Part shown: positions 18,566 to 28,294 of the stretch, in pieces
Numbering within the stretch: the stretch's first letter is position 1
Layout of the letters: each line of letters opens with the position of its first letter
DNA from: an uncultured virus (IMG/VR IMGVR_UViG_3300042905_003821)
Lineage: Duplodnaviria > Heunggongvirae > Uroviricota > Caudoviricetes
DNA length: 64,000 nucleotides
Reading direction: 5' to 3' (one strand)
IMG/VR virus record: IMGVR_UViG_3300042905_003821
Position numbers and translations under genes: made by a program
Notes under the pieces: generated by a model
Told to the model about the DNA's origin: nothing
The model's input: only the letters and a program-made list of their open reading frames with translations
Databases searched by the model: none

Positions 18566-19422
18566 TGAGTAACGAAAGAATCGAAGATTTTTGGGAAAAC
18601 GCAACGGCTGACGATGTTGCGCGGGTGATGGCAGGGGAGACGGTAGAGGCGAGGTTCAGGGATTTCGACAAATACGATTGGTGGTCGCATCCTCTTTCGG
18701 GATGGTGTGAATGCAGCGAATTCAAATGGATTGATTCTAACGGCTCGTCCTGGGCGCAATGCCAAGTCTACCGCGAGCCCTCCTGGCACGCCAACAGGCC
18801 CGATCCTGGGCCGGGGTGGGTGTTGCTTGGGAAGTTTCCCGATGAGGAATTGAAGCCGGGCGATGAGGCTTGGGATTTGTGGGACGATAAACAATGGTCC
18901 GAGTCAGAGAACGCAAACGGGGGAGGGCATCAAGTTTTTGGCGTCTGGTATCGCCGACGCATCGAGCCGGTGGAAGATCCAGCAGGCGATTGGGAGCCAA
19001 CCGACGAAGAATTCCAATATGCGCAGGATCTCTGTCGTGTTCCTAAGGGAACACACGATCCTGTTGACTTTCGCAAATTCGTAGACAAGGCCAAAGATCC
19101 GCCGATCATCAGCGAGTCTCCGACCTATGATTTCCCCTTGCCGCTCCGCAGCAAGGGCATCCGCCGAGTTCCTGTACCCATGCGATCATACGACCCTACC
19201 GAACTCAAGGGACTCAAGATATCACAAGCTGATGGGGACTTTCGAAAATTCGTAGACAAGGCCAAAGCAGGTGAAGTGTCCTTCACCTGCTCCTTCGTTT
19301 GGGAAGGCCCCCGAGCTAAGGTAGGCGACCGAATCCAGCACCCTAACGGGTGCTGGCTCGAAATCACCGAAAGCGGCTTCAAGATTGAAGCCGCCCTCGA
19401 CACCATTGAATTTACGGGGTAG
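18565..19422 (+). CDS. Hypothetical mosaic protein, N-terminus paralogous to 10862-11830
   Basis: WENATADDV....G..VEARFRDFD...W....L...W.QC. Confidence 0.7.
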   Translation: MSNERIEDFWENATADDVARVMAGETVEARFRDFDKYDWWSHPLSGWCECSEFKWIDSNGSSWAQCQVYREPSWHANRPDPGPGWVLLGKFPDEELKPGDEAWDLWDDKQWSESENANGGGHQVFGVWYRRRIEPVEDPAGDWEPTDEEFQYAQDLCRVPKGTHDPVDFRKFVDKAKDPPIISESPTYDFPLPLRSKGIRRVPVPMRSYDPTELKGLKISQADGDFRKFVDKAKAGEVSFTCSFVWEGPRAKVGDRIQHPNGCWLEITESGFKIEAALDTIEFTG

Positions 19423-19424
19423 CC

Positions 19425-19700
19425 ATGAGCAGCGAAACCAAGTTTAACGCCGAACGGATTTGCTTTGTTGCGGCGCAAAGGATACGCATTTTTTTGCACC
19501 CTCGTGAAATCTGCGACTTAAGCAAAGACGAATCTAAAGCGTACTTTGTTTTTAGATTTACGATGCGTGATCGTGACGGCGTTCAGGAAATCGGCAGGCT
19601 TTCCGTTTTGGGCGCAATGATCGAAGACGGCATTATTTCGGAGAGGGAGTTGCATGCGCATCTATGGCAAGAACTCGGACGCATAAGGGGCATGGTATGA
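19425..19700 (+). CDS. Hypothetical protein
   Basis: Coupled ORF. Confidence 0.55.
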   Translation: MSSETKFNAERICFVAAQRIRIFLHPREICDLSKDESKAYFVFRFTMRDRDGVQEIGRLSVLGAMIEDGIISERELHAHLWQELGRIRGMV

Positions 19701-19907
19701 GATTTGTTCTAAACGCTATCGGCGTGGTTGCCTACGCTGGGTTAGTAGCGATTATTACCTACGCAATCACGCCGACAGAATCGGCGGTCCGTGAAGCGGC
19801 GACAGTGTTTGTGATTACGGTGATTTCATGCGGGGTGTTAGTTTATCTTCACCCAGGCCCAATCGTCACAGACGTTCCATAGGCAAATTGCTAAGAAAGG
19901 CGTGGCG

Positions 19908-21287
19908 ATGAAAGTAGTCAGACACGACGGCAGCGACGAGCGGCACGCAGTGTGCGCGCTCGTCCACTCCACCGAAGTCCTCGCGGCGGTTTCCGCCGCT
20001 TGGGACACCGAATCCTTCGCGAGCAAGTATGCCAACATACTTGCTCGCTGGTGTGTTGACTACTTCGTCAAGTACGGCGAAGCCCCCGGAATCGGGGGCA
20101 TCACCGCCAAGTTCGATACGTGGAAGGACATCGCCGATTCGACGATTGTGGACACGATGGCAGACTGGCTAGCCAGTCTGCCTGCAACGTCGGACATGAC
20201 TCCCGACTACGCCGTCGACCTGATCCGCAACATCGTCCAGCGCAACAGCATCAAGCGTCTCGGCAATGCGCTGACCAACCTTGCCGAAACCGGCAAGGTT
20301 GAGGACGCCCTGAACATTCAGGCCCAGTGGAAACGACCGAAGATCGGCCAAGAGGAATCTGGAGTATTCCCATTGGCCGACCTGTCCGTGGTCGAACGAG
20401 CGTTCGACCAGTCCACCAAGAAACCCCTGATCGAATTCCCCGGCGCGCTCGGGGAATTTTTTGGAGATGTCATGTCCGCCGATTCGTTCGTATCCTTGCT
20501 GGCCCCCGAAAAGACTGGGAAAACCACAGTCCTGATGGACTTTGCGTGGCGAGCGGTGGCCCAAGGGAGAAGAACTGCGTTCTTCTCCTGCGGGGACATG
20601 AGCCAAGATCAGGTCATCCAGCGACTACTCCCAAGGCTCTGTAAGCGACCGCTAAAAGGCGGTCGCTTTATGATCCCTACAGAACTGGCCTATGAGAACA
20701 AAGAGCCGAAGATCGTAAGGGAGCCGAAATCGGCTCCCCCGATTACGAAGGAGGACGCCGTCAAGGCGTTCTCCTCGACGGCTGGGGTCGATCCAAAGCG
20801 ATTTAGGCTCTTGACGCACGCCGCAGGTACGATCACGGCCAAGGACATTGCCAACCAAGTCACCCGGTGGGCAGACGAAGGTTGGGTTCCCGAGGTCATC
20901 GTCATCGACTATGCTGACATCCTCGGAGCCCCGATAGGGCTCCGAGAGAAGATCGAGCAGATCGACCACACATGGCGCGAGCTTCGCGCTTTGTCCACTC
21001 AAATGCGATGCCTTGTTTTGACTGCCTCGCAGTCAAACAAGGAAGGGCAGACAGCGTGGTTGCTCAACAAAGGCAACTTCTCAGACTCCAAGACCAAGGT
21101 GGCGCACGTCACCGCGATGATCGGCCTGAACATGACCGAATCCGAGAGGCGGCAGAACATCTGCCGCTACAATTACGTCGCACTCCGCGAAGCGGAGTTC
21201 ATGCAAGACAAACCGGCCTACGTCGCCGTGGCCGGTTGTACCCGAGTTGGCAGACCTAGCCTGATTTCGTGTTGGCCCAATGACTAG
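19908..21287 (+). CDS. DnaB-like replicative helicase
   Basis: LAPEKTGKT Walker A, IVIDYAD Walker B, TASQ, H4-like region. Confidence 0.85.
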   Translation: MKVVRHDGSDERHAVCALVHSTEVLAAVSAAWDTESFASKYANILARWCVDYFVKYGEAPGIGGITAKFDTWKDIADSTIVDTMADWLASLPATSDMTPDYAVDLIRNIVQRNSIKRLGNALTNLAETGKVEDALNIQAQWKRPKIGQEESGVFPLADLSVVERAFDQSTKKPLIEFPGALGEFFGDVMSADSFVSLLAPEKTGKTTVLMDFAWRAVAQGRRTAFFSCGDMSQDQVIQRLLPRLCKRPLKGGRFMIPTELAYENKEPKIVREPKSAPPITKEDAVKAFSSTAGVDPKRFRLLTHAAGTITAKDIANQVTRWADEGWVPEVIVIDYADILGAPIGLREKIEQIDHTWRELRALSTQMRCLVLTASQSNKEGQTAWLLNKGNFSDSKTKVAHVTAMIGLNMTESERRQNICRYNYVALREAEFMQDKPAYVAVAGCTRVGRPSLISCWPND

Positions 21288-22056
21288 CTCCTCCCGTCGC
21301 TACCCAATCGACCAAGTGGTCGAACCGAAGCTCGAAGCCCTTCGCTGGTTCGTTCTATGCGTGGAATTGGGCAGTGCCCAAGCAGCCAGCAAGAAGCTCA
21401 AGATGGGCAACACCGCGATCATCCCCAACAGCAACCGCAAGATGGAATCCATCTTGCAGGTCAAGTTGTTCGACTCCTGCCGCAAGCCCACGCCTGACGG
21501 CATGGTCTTGTACAAGCACGCCAAGAAGGTGCTTGCGGCTCACCGCAAGCTCCTGCGAGAAATGAAGAAACTAGGCAACGCCCACAAGGTCCGGCCACAG
21601 GTGGCCGTCCATGCGGAGCGATGGCTGAGCATCGTCACCCCAAATTTGAGCGAGCTTCTGTCCGACAAGTACCAGATCACCAAGGTGGTCTGCTATGACA
21701 GTTTCAGCGATTGGCTCGCTACGCGAGCCAAGCCTGGGTACGACGTATTCGTCTCGGCCAGTCCCAACGCTGAGGGGGAAGTCATCCAAGAATTGCCTGT
21801 GGTTCTGTTCGGATCAGATCCGAACAGAATCATGGCAGGGGATTGGTTGGGCTGGGAATCGTACTCCGAGGAACAGGTTGCAAACTTGGCAAACCCTGTC
21901 GAAATGGCATACGCCATTTCGACAGGTATCGGCTCGGGCTACATGCCTGCTGAATGGATTCCCTGCGAATTAGCAGGGAATCTGCCTATTCTGGAACAAA
22001 ATACCGGAAAATTGGTCAAGGTGACCGCCTTTAGGCGGTCACCGGACGTAGAATAG
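21280..22056 (+). CDS. LysR-like transcriptional regulator (divergent)
   Basis: LEALRWFV..VELGS...ASKKL...MES.LQVKLFD...PTPDG..LY.HAK.VL LysR HTH. Confidence 0.75.
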   Translation: MTSSSRRYPIDQVVEPKLEALRWFVLCVELGSAQAASKKLKMGNTAIIPNSNRKMESILQVKLFDSCRKPTPDGMVLYKHAKKVLAAHRKLLREMKKLGNAHKVRPQVAVHAERWLSIVTPNLSELLSDKYQITKVVCYDSFSDWLATRAKPGYDVFVSASPNAEGEVIQELPVVLFGSDPNRIMAGDWLGWESYSEEQVANLANPVEMAYAISTGIGSGYMPAEWIPCELAGNLPILEQNTGKLVKVTAFRRSPDVE

Positions 22057-22264
22057 GGGCATCGGGGTGACCTTGGTACGAACAAGACGCAAGCAGACGA
22101 GTCGGTAAGAGAGTACCCGACACCGAGCTAGCCCCAAACAAAGATCGTTGTGAGGAATCTTGCGACCTCCTAGAATAAAGGAAATCACCATGAAGATTTA
22201 ATCACAATCAGAGCCGATGCCGGAGGCCAAACCGGCGAGGCGGCAACGGTCTATCAGTTGCACA

Positions 22265-22366
22265 GGGTCGGCGGCAATCCTAAAGATTGCGGGGGTGTTG
22301 ATCGCGACAACGCTACCAGAGGCTTCGCCCATAAGCGACTTGGCAGGAGAATCACCTGCCCGATCC
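22265..22366 (+). ncRNA. tRNA-like element copy A
   Basis: GGGTCGG...GCAGG-agaatca-CCTGC-CCGATCC-TTT. Confidence 0.6.
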
Positions 22367-22448
22367 TTTACCAAACAACCTCATCTCAGATCTAGTCTTG
22401 TACCGTGTGGCAACCGGAGGGCACAGATCGAAGCCTTCACAGGGAACT

Positions 22449-22588
22449 GGATCGGCGGCGTGGCGATAACCACGATTTGAAATAAGCGGCATCGGCAAGA
22501 GAAGCGGAAACGTAGAGACTCGGCAGAGAATTGGGGCAAACGAACGCATCCCAGACGCCGTAAGCAGGTAGCCAATCCTGCCCGATCC
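22449..22588 (+). ncRNA. tRNA-like element copy B
   Basis: GGATCGG-CGGCGTGG...GCAGG-tagccaat-CCTGC-CCGATCC-TTT. Confidence 0.6.
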
Positions 22589-22678
22589 TTTTGATTTTGC
22601 GGAACACCCCGCAAGAAAGGCGAATGGTGAAAAATGGCAAGACCAGATAAACAGGTGTTTGTGAGGCTGGTTTTTTAT

Positions 22679-22782
22679 GGATCGGTAGTGAGTTGGGGTT
22701 CGTGGCCCGTAAAACGGTATGCGGCACACCGCAACTGTAGCTCACGATGCTGAACAACGTCGGTTTGATTCCGACTCGATCC
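22679..22782 (+). ncRNA. tRNA-like element copy C
   Basis: GGATCGG-TAG...GTCGG-tttgatt-CCGAC-TCGATCC. Confidence 0.6.
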
Positions 22783-22786
22783 TCTC

Positions 22787-22820
22787 GCACCGAACCCAAC
22801 GTGGGTTCGGTGCTGTTTCT
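22787..22820 (+). terminator. Hairpin/terminator after element C
   Basis: GCACCGAACCCA-acg-TGGGTTCGGTGC followed by TGTTTCT. Confidence 0.45.
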
Positions 22821-22848
22821 GGGTTAAAAATAGAAAGAGGGTATTCCG

Positions 22849-23091
22849 ATGATGCGGAAACCAACAATTTTTGCGGTGATGATCGTCGCCGCATTGTGTT
22901 CAGGGTGTGCTGCGTTCGCAGGCGACACCCAAACGGTCGTTGACCGTTTGGGCCGCCCCGTAGCGAGGGTCGCAACGTGCGTCGGTGGGACTTGTTTGCA
23001 AGTCTACGACCGAGTTGGCCGACCTGTTGCCAAGGTCGTCAAGACCGCTGGCAAGGTCGTCGTCTACGACCGATTGGGGCGTCGTCGCTAA
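22849..23091 (+). CDS. Small exported protein with 3 V(V/Y)DR(L/V)GR repeats
   Basis: Signal-like N-terminus; VVDRLGRPVA, VYDRVGRPVA, VYDRLGR. Confidence 0.6.
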   Translation: MMRKPTIFAVMIVAALCSGCAAFAGDTQTVVDRLGRPVARVATCVGGTCLQVYDRVGRPVAKVVKTAGKVVVYDRLGRRR

Positions 23092-24455
23092 TGAAACCCG
23101 CAAGTCCGCAAGCCTACGCCCTTATGCACGAAGGCTCCCTCGCGCTTTCCAGGATGGAAAGCGTAGGGATGCCCGTGTGCGAAGAACGACTCGACGCTGC
23201 GATTGCCGATGTCGGCAATCGCATCAAGGAGATGGAAGCGGAACTGCGGTCGATGACCGAGTACGAGGAACAGCGAAAGCGGTTCGGAGCCAAGACCAAA
23301 ATCGGCTCCCGAGAGCAACTAGCCCACATCCTCTACATCGTCATGGGTTTTCCAGGCGGCCTTATGAATCCAGAGACAGGTAAACTGTCTCTGGATGACG
23401 AAGCCCTACAAGAAATCAATACTCCCTATGCGAAGCTGTTTCAGCGAACGCAGAAACTAGCGAAGCTCAAGGGGACGTACTTGATGCCATTTAAGCGTGA
23501 ACTCTGCAAAGGCAGAGTTCACGCTTTTTTCAATTTACATACGGTCACCACGTACCGGTCAAGTTCGGATTCTCCGAACTTGCAAAATCTACCAATCCGC
23601 GACCCTGACGTTGGTAAGACTCTACGGGGGATCATCAAGCCGAGCGACCCGAACAACGTGATCGTGGAGATCGACTACGCTCAGTTGGAAGTGTTCGTAG
23701 CCGCTTGCTACCACCGCGACCCGACGATGCTTGACATCCTTCAATCTGGCGACGATCTCCACAAGGAGTCGACGCTTGAATGCTTCAAGCTCGATGCCGT
23801 AGAGAAGCCGATTCGCCAAGCAATTAAGGGATTTTGGACGTTCGCTGCGTTCTATGGGGATGCCCCCGGCAGCATCGCCAAAAACCTTTGGCGATTCGCC
23901 GAATCCCATACGATGCAAAGCGGCAAGCCGCTTTTGCAACACCTATCGGAGAGGGGCATCAAGACCCTCGGCCACGAAAAGGCTATGACCTCCGACTCGT
24001 TCATGTTGCATATCGACAGCATGTTCAACCATTTCTGGAACAAGCGGTTTTCAGTTTACAAGCAATGGCGAACTGACTGGTTCCAAGAGTACCTACGCAA
24101 CGGCCACTTCCACACGCTCACCGGGTTTCGCGTCTGGGGGATCTTCAAGCGTAACGAAGTTATCAACAGTCCAGTGCAAGGCGCAGCCTTTCACTGTCTG
24201 CTAAAAAGCATCATAGAGTTGACAAAACGCATCTTCCAAAGGAAGATGCGTAGCCGCCTGTTCTGCCAGATCCACGACTCGCTGATCGCCGAGGTTCCCC
24301 GAGAGGAACTCGACGATTACATCGAGATGGCAAACGAGGTAATGACAAAGTGGATACGAACACAGTGGCCTTGGATTATCGTTGACCTCAAAACCGAAGT
24401 AGAAGTAGGAGAAGATTCATGGGCGAGCAAGAAAACCTACCACAAGGCAGGCTAG
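23091..24455 (+). CDS. Family A DNA polymerase, polymerase domain only
   Basis: TYRSSSDSPNLQNLP, motif A DYAQLE, motif B RQAIKGFWTFAAFYG, NSPVQG, motif C QIHDSL; no exonuclease domain. Confidence 0.93.
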   Translation: MKPASPQAYALMHEGSLALSRMESVGMPVCEERLDAAIADVGNRIKEMEAELRSMTEYEEQRKRFGAKTKIGSREQLAHILYIVMGFPGGLMNPETGKLSLDDEALQEINTPYAKLFQRTQKLAKLKGTYLMPFKRELCKGRVHAFFNLHTVTTYRSSSDSPNLQNLPIRDPDVGKTLRGIIKPSDPNNVIVEIDYAQLEVFVAACYHRDPTMLDILQSGDDLHKESTLECFKLDAVEKPIRQAIKGFWTFAAFYGDAPGSIAKNLWRFAESHTMQSGKPLLQHLSERGIKTLGHEKAMTSDSFMLHIDSMFNHFWNKRFSVYKQWRTDWFQEYLRNGHFHTLTGFRVWGIFKRNEVINSPVQGAAFHCLLKSIIELTKRIFQRKMRSRLFCQIHDSLIAEVPREELDDYIEMANEVMTKWIRTQWPWIIVDLKTEVEVGEDSWASKKTYHKAG

Positions 24456-25024
24456 ACAAATTACCTCCAATTATCGGATTGCGGGGGGCAATTGGCTCCG
24501 GTAAGGATACCGCAGCCACTTGGCTAGCCTTCCACTTCGGATACGGGATCATCGGATTCTCCGATCCCGTATACGAAAGCCTCTACCGACTCAACCCACC
24601 GGTGCTGATCGCTCACCACCGGTGCGTCTACCTGCAAACCCTCGTTGACAAGGACGGATGGGACACGACCAAACGGCGGTATCCCGCCGTTCGGCAAATG
24701 CTCCGTACCATCGGTACGGAGAATGGCAGGGACATCTTCGGCCCGTGGTGCTGGGTCAACATCGCCAAACAAAGAACGAGAGCCAGGGGCCTACCCAGGT
24801 ATGCCTTCCGTGACGTTCGTTTCCCCGAGGAAGTTGAACATATTAAGTCCGAAGGTGGAGAGATCTGGGAGATTCAAGGTCGAGTCTCCGAGGAAGTTGC
24901 CACCTTGCCAAGCCACCGAAGCGAACAACAGCAATTTGCTGTTGATCGCATCGTCTTGAACGACGGATCACTCCCCCAATTCCAACGCCGAATCACTGAG
25001 ATTATGAAAGGATTTTTGAGATAA
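24419..25024 (+). CDS. Deoxynucleoside monophosphate kinase
   Basis: IIGLRGAIGSGKDT, R..L..IGTE.GR, DVRFPEE, H.SE. Confidence 0.88.
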   Translation: MGEQENLPQGRLDKLPPIIGLRGAIGSGKDTAATWLAFHFGYGIIGFSDPVYESLYRLNPPVLIAHHRCVYLQTLVDKDGWDTTKRRYPAVRQMLRTIGTENGRDIFGPWCWVNIAKQRTRARGLPRYAFRDVRFPEEVEHIKSEGGEIWEIQGRVSEEVATLPSHRSEQQQFAVDRIVLNDGSLPQFQRRITEIMKGFLR

Positions 25025-25926
25025 TGGGCCTTTACCAAAAGTACCGTCCAGCATCGCTGGACGAAGTTGTCGGTCAGTCTGCTGTCGTATCGCAACTACG
25101 AGCAATGCTTGCGAAGCAAGCATTGCCCCATGCTCTTTTGTTTTCCGGTCCCAGTGGGACCGGAAAGACGACCTTGGCGAGAATTCTCGCCAGGGAACTC
25201 GGAGCATCAGGCGTCGACATCATCGAGAAGAATGCGGCTAGCGACAACGGAGTTGACGCTATCCGCGAGATCGAGGGCCGATTGCAGATGCGTGGCCTCT
25301 CCGGAGGCCGACGCATCTACATCATCGACGAGGCCCACCAAATCACATCCCAGGGTCAGAGAGCTATGCTCAAGATGGCCGAGGATACCCCCGGCCATAT
25401 CTACTTCATCCTTTGCACGACCAACCCCGAGAAGCTGGAAAAGCCGTTGCAGAATCGGCTGACCCACTTCAAGCTCGGCGATGTCAGCATCGCCGACTTG
25501 AACACCTTGGTCAACAAAGTGTCAACCGCCGAGGGAATCGAGTGCATCGCCACGACGATCTCGCAGGCGGCCAATGGCAGCCCAAGGCTCGCCTTGGTGC
25601 TGCTAGAGCAGGTTGCCAACGCTCCGAAGGAGCGTTGGCCGGAGATCCTCAGCAACCCTGAGGATCTCAAGCCTGACGTGTTCAAGGTGGTCCAAGACCT
25701 CTATGCTGGAAAGTCTATCTTTCCTAAGCATGGAGTCACGGTTAAAGATCTCCCCGAAGGGGAGATCGAGCGGCTTCGGTGTGCGATCATGTCCTACGGT
25801 GCGGCGATGCTTCTGAACGGAAAGTCAGTCCCAACCGTGGTCAAGATTATGGGCGAGTTTGAAAATCAGTTTTTTTCTTCTCGCAAACCCGGATTTATTC
25901 TTGCTTTGGTTCGAGCCTCGGCGTAG
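25024..25926 (+). CDS. Clamp loader ATPase (DnaX gamma/tau-like)
   Basis: LYQKYRP, VVGQ, FSGPSGTGKTTLARI, IIDEAH, FILCTT. Confidence 0.9.
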   Translation: MGLYQKYRPASLDEVVGQSAVVSQLRAMLAKQALPHALLFSGPSGTGKTTLARILARELGASGVDIIEKNAASDNGVDAIREIEGRLQMRGLSGGRRIYIIDEAHQITSQGQRAMLKMAEDTPGHIYFILCTTNPEKLEKPLQNRLTHFKLGDVSIADLNTLVNKVSTAEGIECIATTISQAANGSPRLALVLLEQVANAPKERWPEILSNPEDLKPDVFKVVQDLYAGKSIFPKHGVTVKDLPEGEIERLRCAIMSYGAAMLLNGKSVPTVVKIMGEFENQFFSSRKPGFILALVRASA

Positions 25927-25970
25927 AACCTAGCACAGTCGGAATGAAAACTTTCACTTAGGAGGCAGAA

Positions 25971-26390
25971 ATGTCTGAGCAAACAAACTTGTCGGTGGAT
26001 CGTAACCGTCTTGCCGATGACCTCGAATCAGTTCCACAGGATATTCTCCTGTGGAACCGAGCAGCGTCCGAGGACGCCACGGCGTCCTTGGTCGCTGAGA
26101 ACCACCTGAAACTCGTCGAAGCCAAGCTGAGCATCGACATCAGGCAGAACCCCGTAAACTACGGGATCACCAAAACCACTGAGGACACAATCAAAGCGTT
26201 GATCCTCACACAGCCCGACTACATTGAAGCCCAGGCGGCAGTAGTCGCGGCTAAGTCCAAGTTGTCGGAGACTCGCGCCGTTTGCGATGCTCTCGACGCG
26301 AAGCGTTCGAGCTTGAAGTACCTGACCGAACTGTCGATCTCCGGGTTCCTCGGATCGACCCCAATCCAACCGAAGGGAGTTAAGAGCTAA
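25971..26390 (+). CDS. Helical protein, possibly UvsY-like recombination mediator
   Basis: Coiled coil of ~140 aa next to SSB, K.TE..IKA pattern; mainly positional inference. Confidence 0.45.
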   Translation: MSEQTNLSVDRNRLADDLESVPQDILLWNRAASEDATASLVAENHLKLVEAKLSIDIRQNPVNYGITKTTEDTIKALILTQPDYIEAQAAVVAAKSKLSETRAVCDALDAKRSSLKYLTELSISGFLGSTPIQPKGVKS

Positions 26391-26391
26391 C

Positions 26392-27552
26392 ATGGCGTTG
26401 TCATCGAAGAAAACCAGAGAAGAAGCGGCCAAAGGCCCTGCTGGCAGGATTCTCCGAATCCCGCAAGGCATCAAGACCCTCAAGGTCGACAAAGCAGGCA
26501 CGTTCAAGATGGTCATCTTGCCGTACACTGTGCCAGCGGGTGCAAAGCACCCGGTGGCGAAGGACGGCGATTTGCACTACGCCCGAGACTACTTCGTTCA
26601 CAACAAACTCGGTTCGGACGGTAAGGGGTATGCGATCTGCCCGAGGTTGACCAAGGGCGGAAAGTGCCCAATTTGCGACGGCATCCAGGCTGCCATTGCA
26701 GCCGGGGAGTTGACCAAGGAAAAGGCCAAGGATTACTATGCCAAGCAACGCACACTGTACACAGTGTGGTTGCCTGAGCAGAACCAAGTCGTGCTGTTCG
26801 ATCACAGCTACCACCTGTTCTCGAAACAGTTGAACACGACCGTCTCGGCCAAGGTCGCGATCCCAGGTCGCGAGTGGATTGACTTCTTCGCCGATCCGGC
26901 TGAGGGGGCGTTCATTTACGTCACCTTCGCTGAAAAGCCGATGCCTAGCGGGAAGTGTTACGAGGCCGTCTCGTTCGATTTCGACCGACACGGCGGCGTT
27001 CCCGAGGCGATCTTGGCCCAAGCCTTGCAACTCGATAACCTGCTGGTTATCGAGAGTGCAGAGACTTTGCGAGCCAAGTTTTACGACGAAGATGCGGACG
27101 ACGCTTCGGTGTCCGAGGACACCGAAGTGGTGGCTACGGTTTCGGCGGTGGTGCAACCACCGCCAACGCCGAAACCTTTGGATATTCCGAAGCCGACTGC
27201 CCCTGAGCCTAAGGTGCAAAGGCCGGTCGTCACGACGACCTTGCCTCCTGCTGCCTCGGCTCTTGCGGTATCGGTCCCTGCCGTCTTGGCTCCTGCGGCT
27301 CCTTGGCCTGCCAAGGGTGACGTGGCTTACCACGTCACCTTAGGGAAAGTCACGATCCACAAGAACACCAACGGGGCAATCAGCGTCTTTGACAAAAACG
27401 ATGACCCACACAAGGTCAACTTGAAGGATCTGTCGCGAGAGCCGCAGGCTCAAGCGACAGGGACCACGCCCGAAGTCGCACCAGAACCAGCACCAGCCTC
27501 CGCTGGTTCTGGTTCCGACGAGGCGTGGGATTCGGAATGGCCCGATCAGTGA
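26392..27552 (+). CDS. Single-stranded DNA-binding protein (gp32-like) with Pro/Ala linker and acidic tail
   Basis: H...C...CPIC zinc motif, ILPY, acidic C-terminus DEAWDSEWPDQ. Confidence 0.7.
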   Translation: MALSSKKTREEAAKGPAGRILRIPQGIKTLKVDKAGTFKMVILPYTVPAGAKHPVAKDGDLHYARDYFVHNKLGSDGKGYAICPRLTKGGKCPICDGIQAAIAAGELTKEKAKDYYAKQRTLYTVWLPEQNQVVLFDHSYHLFSKQLNTTVSAKVAIPGREWIDFFADPAEGAFIYVTFAEKPMPSGKCYEAVSFDFDRHGGVPEAILAQALQLDNLLVIESAETLRAKFYDEDADDASVSEDTEVVATVSAVVQPPPTPKPLDIPKPTAPEPKVQRPVVTTTLPPAASALAVSVPAVLAPAAPWPAKGDVAYHVTLGKVTIHKNTNGAISVFDKNDDPHKVNLKDLSREPQAQATGTTPEVAPEPAPASAGSGSDEAWDSEWPDQ

Positions 27553-27562
27553 TCGGGCCTGA

Positions 27563-27669
27563 GGGTCGGCGGTTGCAATCTGACACTACTAAGGGTTGCC
27601 TAAGTCGCGGAAAGAATATCGGTGGTAAATACCGACGGACCAAAGCAGGTAGCCAATCCTGCCCGATCC
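27563..27669 (+). ncRNA. tRNA-like element copy D
   Basis: GGGTCGG-CGG...GCAGG-tagccaat-CCTGC-CCGATCC-TTT (3' end identical to copy B). Confidence 0.6.
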
Positions 27670-27846
27670 TTTGAAGTGGTTCCTGGTTGGTCGACAGACC
27701 TACCCCGAAAGGGAGAAAAAAAGACCACTCGGTTGCTTAGCAGGATAGGCAACCGCTGCCAGCTACGGCATCGTGTTCACCCAACAATAACGCATGGTTT
27801 GTGGGGAAATAGTAGCGACAGTGCGTGACAGCCAGAGAGAAGGCGA

Positions 27847-27957
27847 GGGTCGGCGGCGTGGTGGCGACACGTGTGAGGCAACAGCGAATCGAGTTCTGAG
27901 GACTGGCCGACGACGGAGCATTGCGACTCCGAGGCGGGTTTGAATCCCGCCCGATCC
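27847..27957 (+). ncRNA. tRNA-like element copy E
   Basis: GGGTCGG-CGGCGTGG...GCGGG-tttgaat-CCCGC-CCGATCC-TTT. Confidence 0.6.
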
Positions 27958-28023
27958 TTTGCCAGTCGCACGAAAGACGTGCGAGGCAGTTCAGTTGATG
28001 GTTTTTTACGAAAGGCTTGAGTT

Positions 28024-28233
28024 ATGGGTTGGAAGCAGTACAAACGTAAAGGGTTGTCGGAAATGCGCCCGTATGTTGCGGGCGAGGACGTTTCGGGCGT
28101 CAGCATATCCGAGACGGACAAGGCAGCAGGTAGCCCCAAGGAAGGCGACATGATTGCACGAAACCCAAAGAACCACGGCGATCAATGGTTGGTCGCGCAG
28201 AAGTATTTCGAGGACAACCTAGAGCCAGCGTAG
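28024..28233 (+). CDS. Small conserved-looking phage protein
   Basis: WKQYKRK...EMRPY..GE...GDMIARNP.NH.DQWLVA..YF..N. Confidence 0.7.
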   Translation: MGWKQYKRKGLSEMRPYVAGEDVSGVSISETDKAAGSPKEGDMIARNPKNHGDQWLVAQKYFEDNLEPA

Positions 28234-28294
28234 TTTCTGGCGATGCTAGACACAGGCGGCAACTGCCTTACTGCCAACGGCGGCGAAGTTGCGA

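Noticed and set aside
26401..27333. Long antisense ORFs (also 47605-48549, 54259-55113, 60088-61113, 62698-63495)
   Set aside because: They fully overlap well-supported genes on the opposite strand and have no motifs; expected at this GC content
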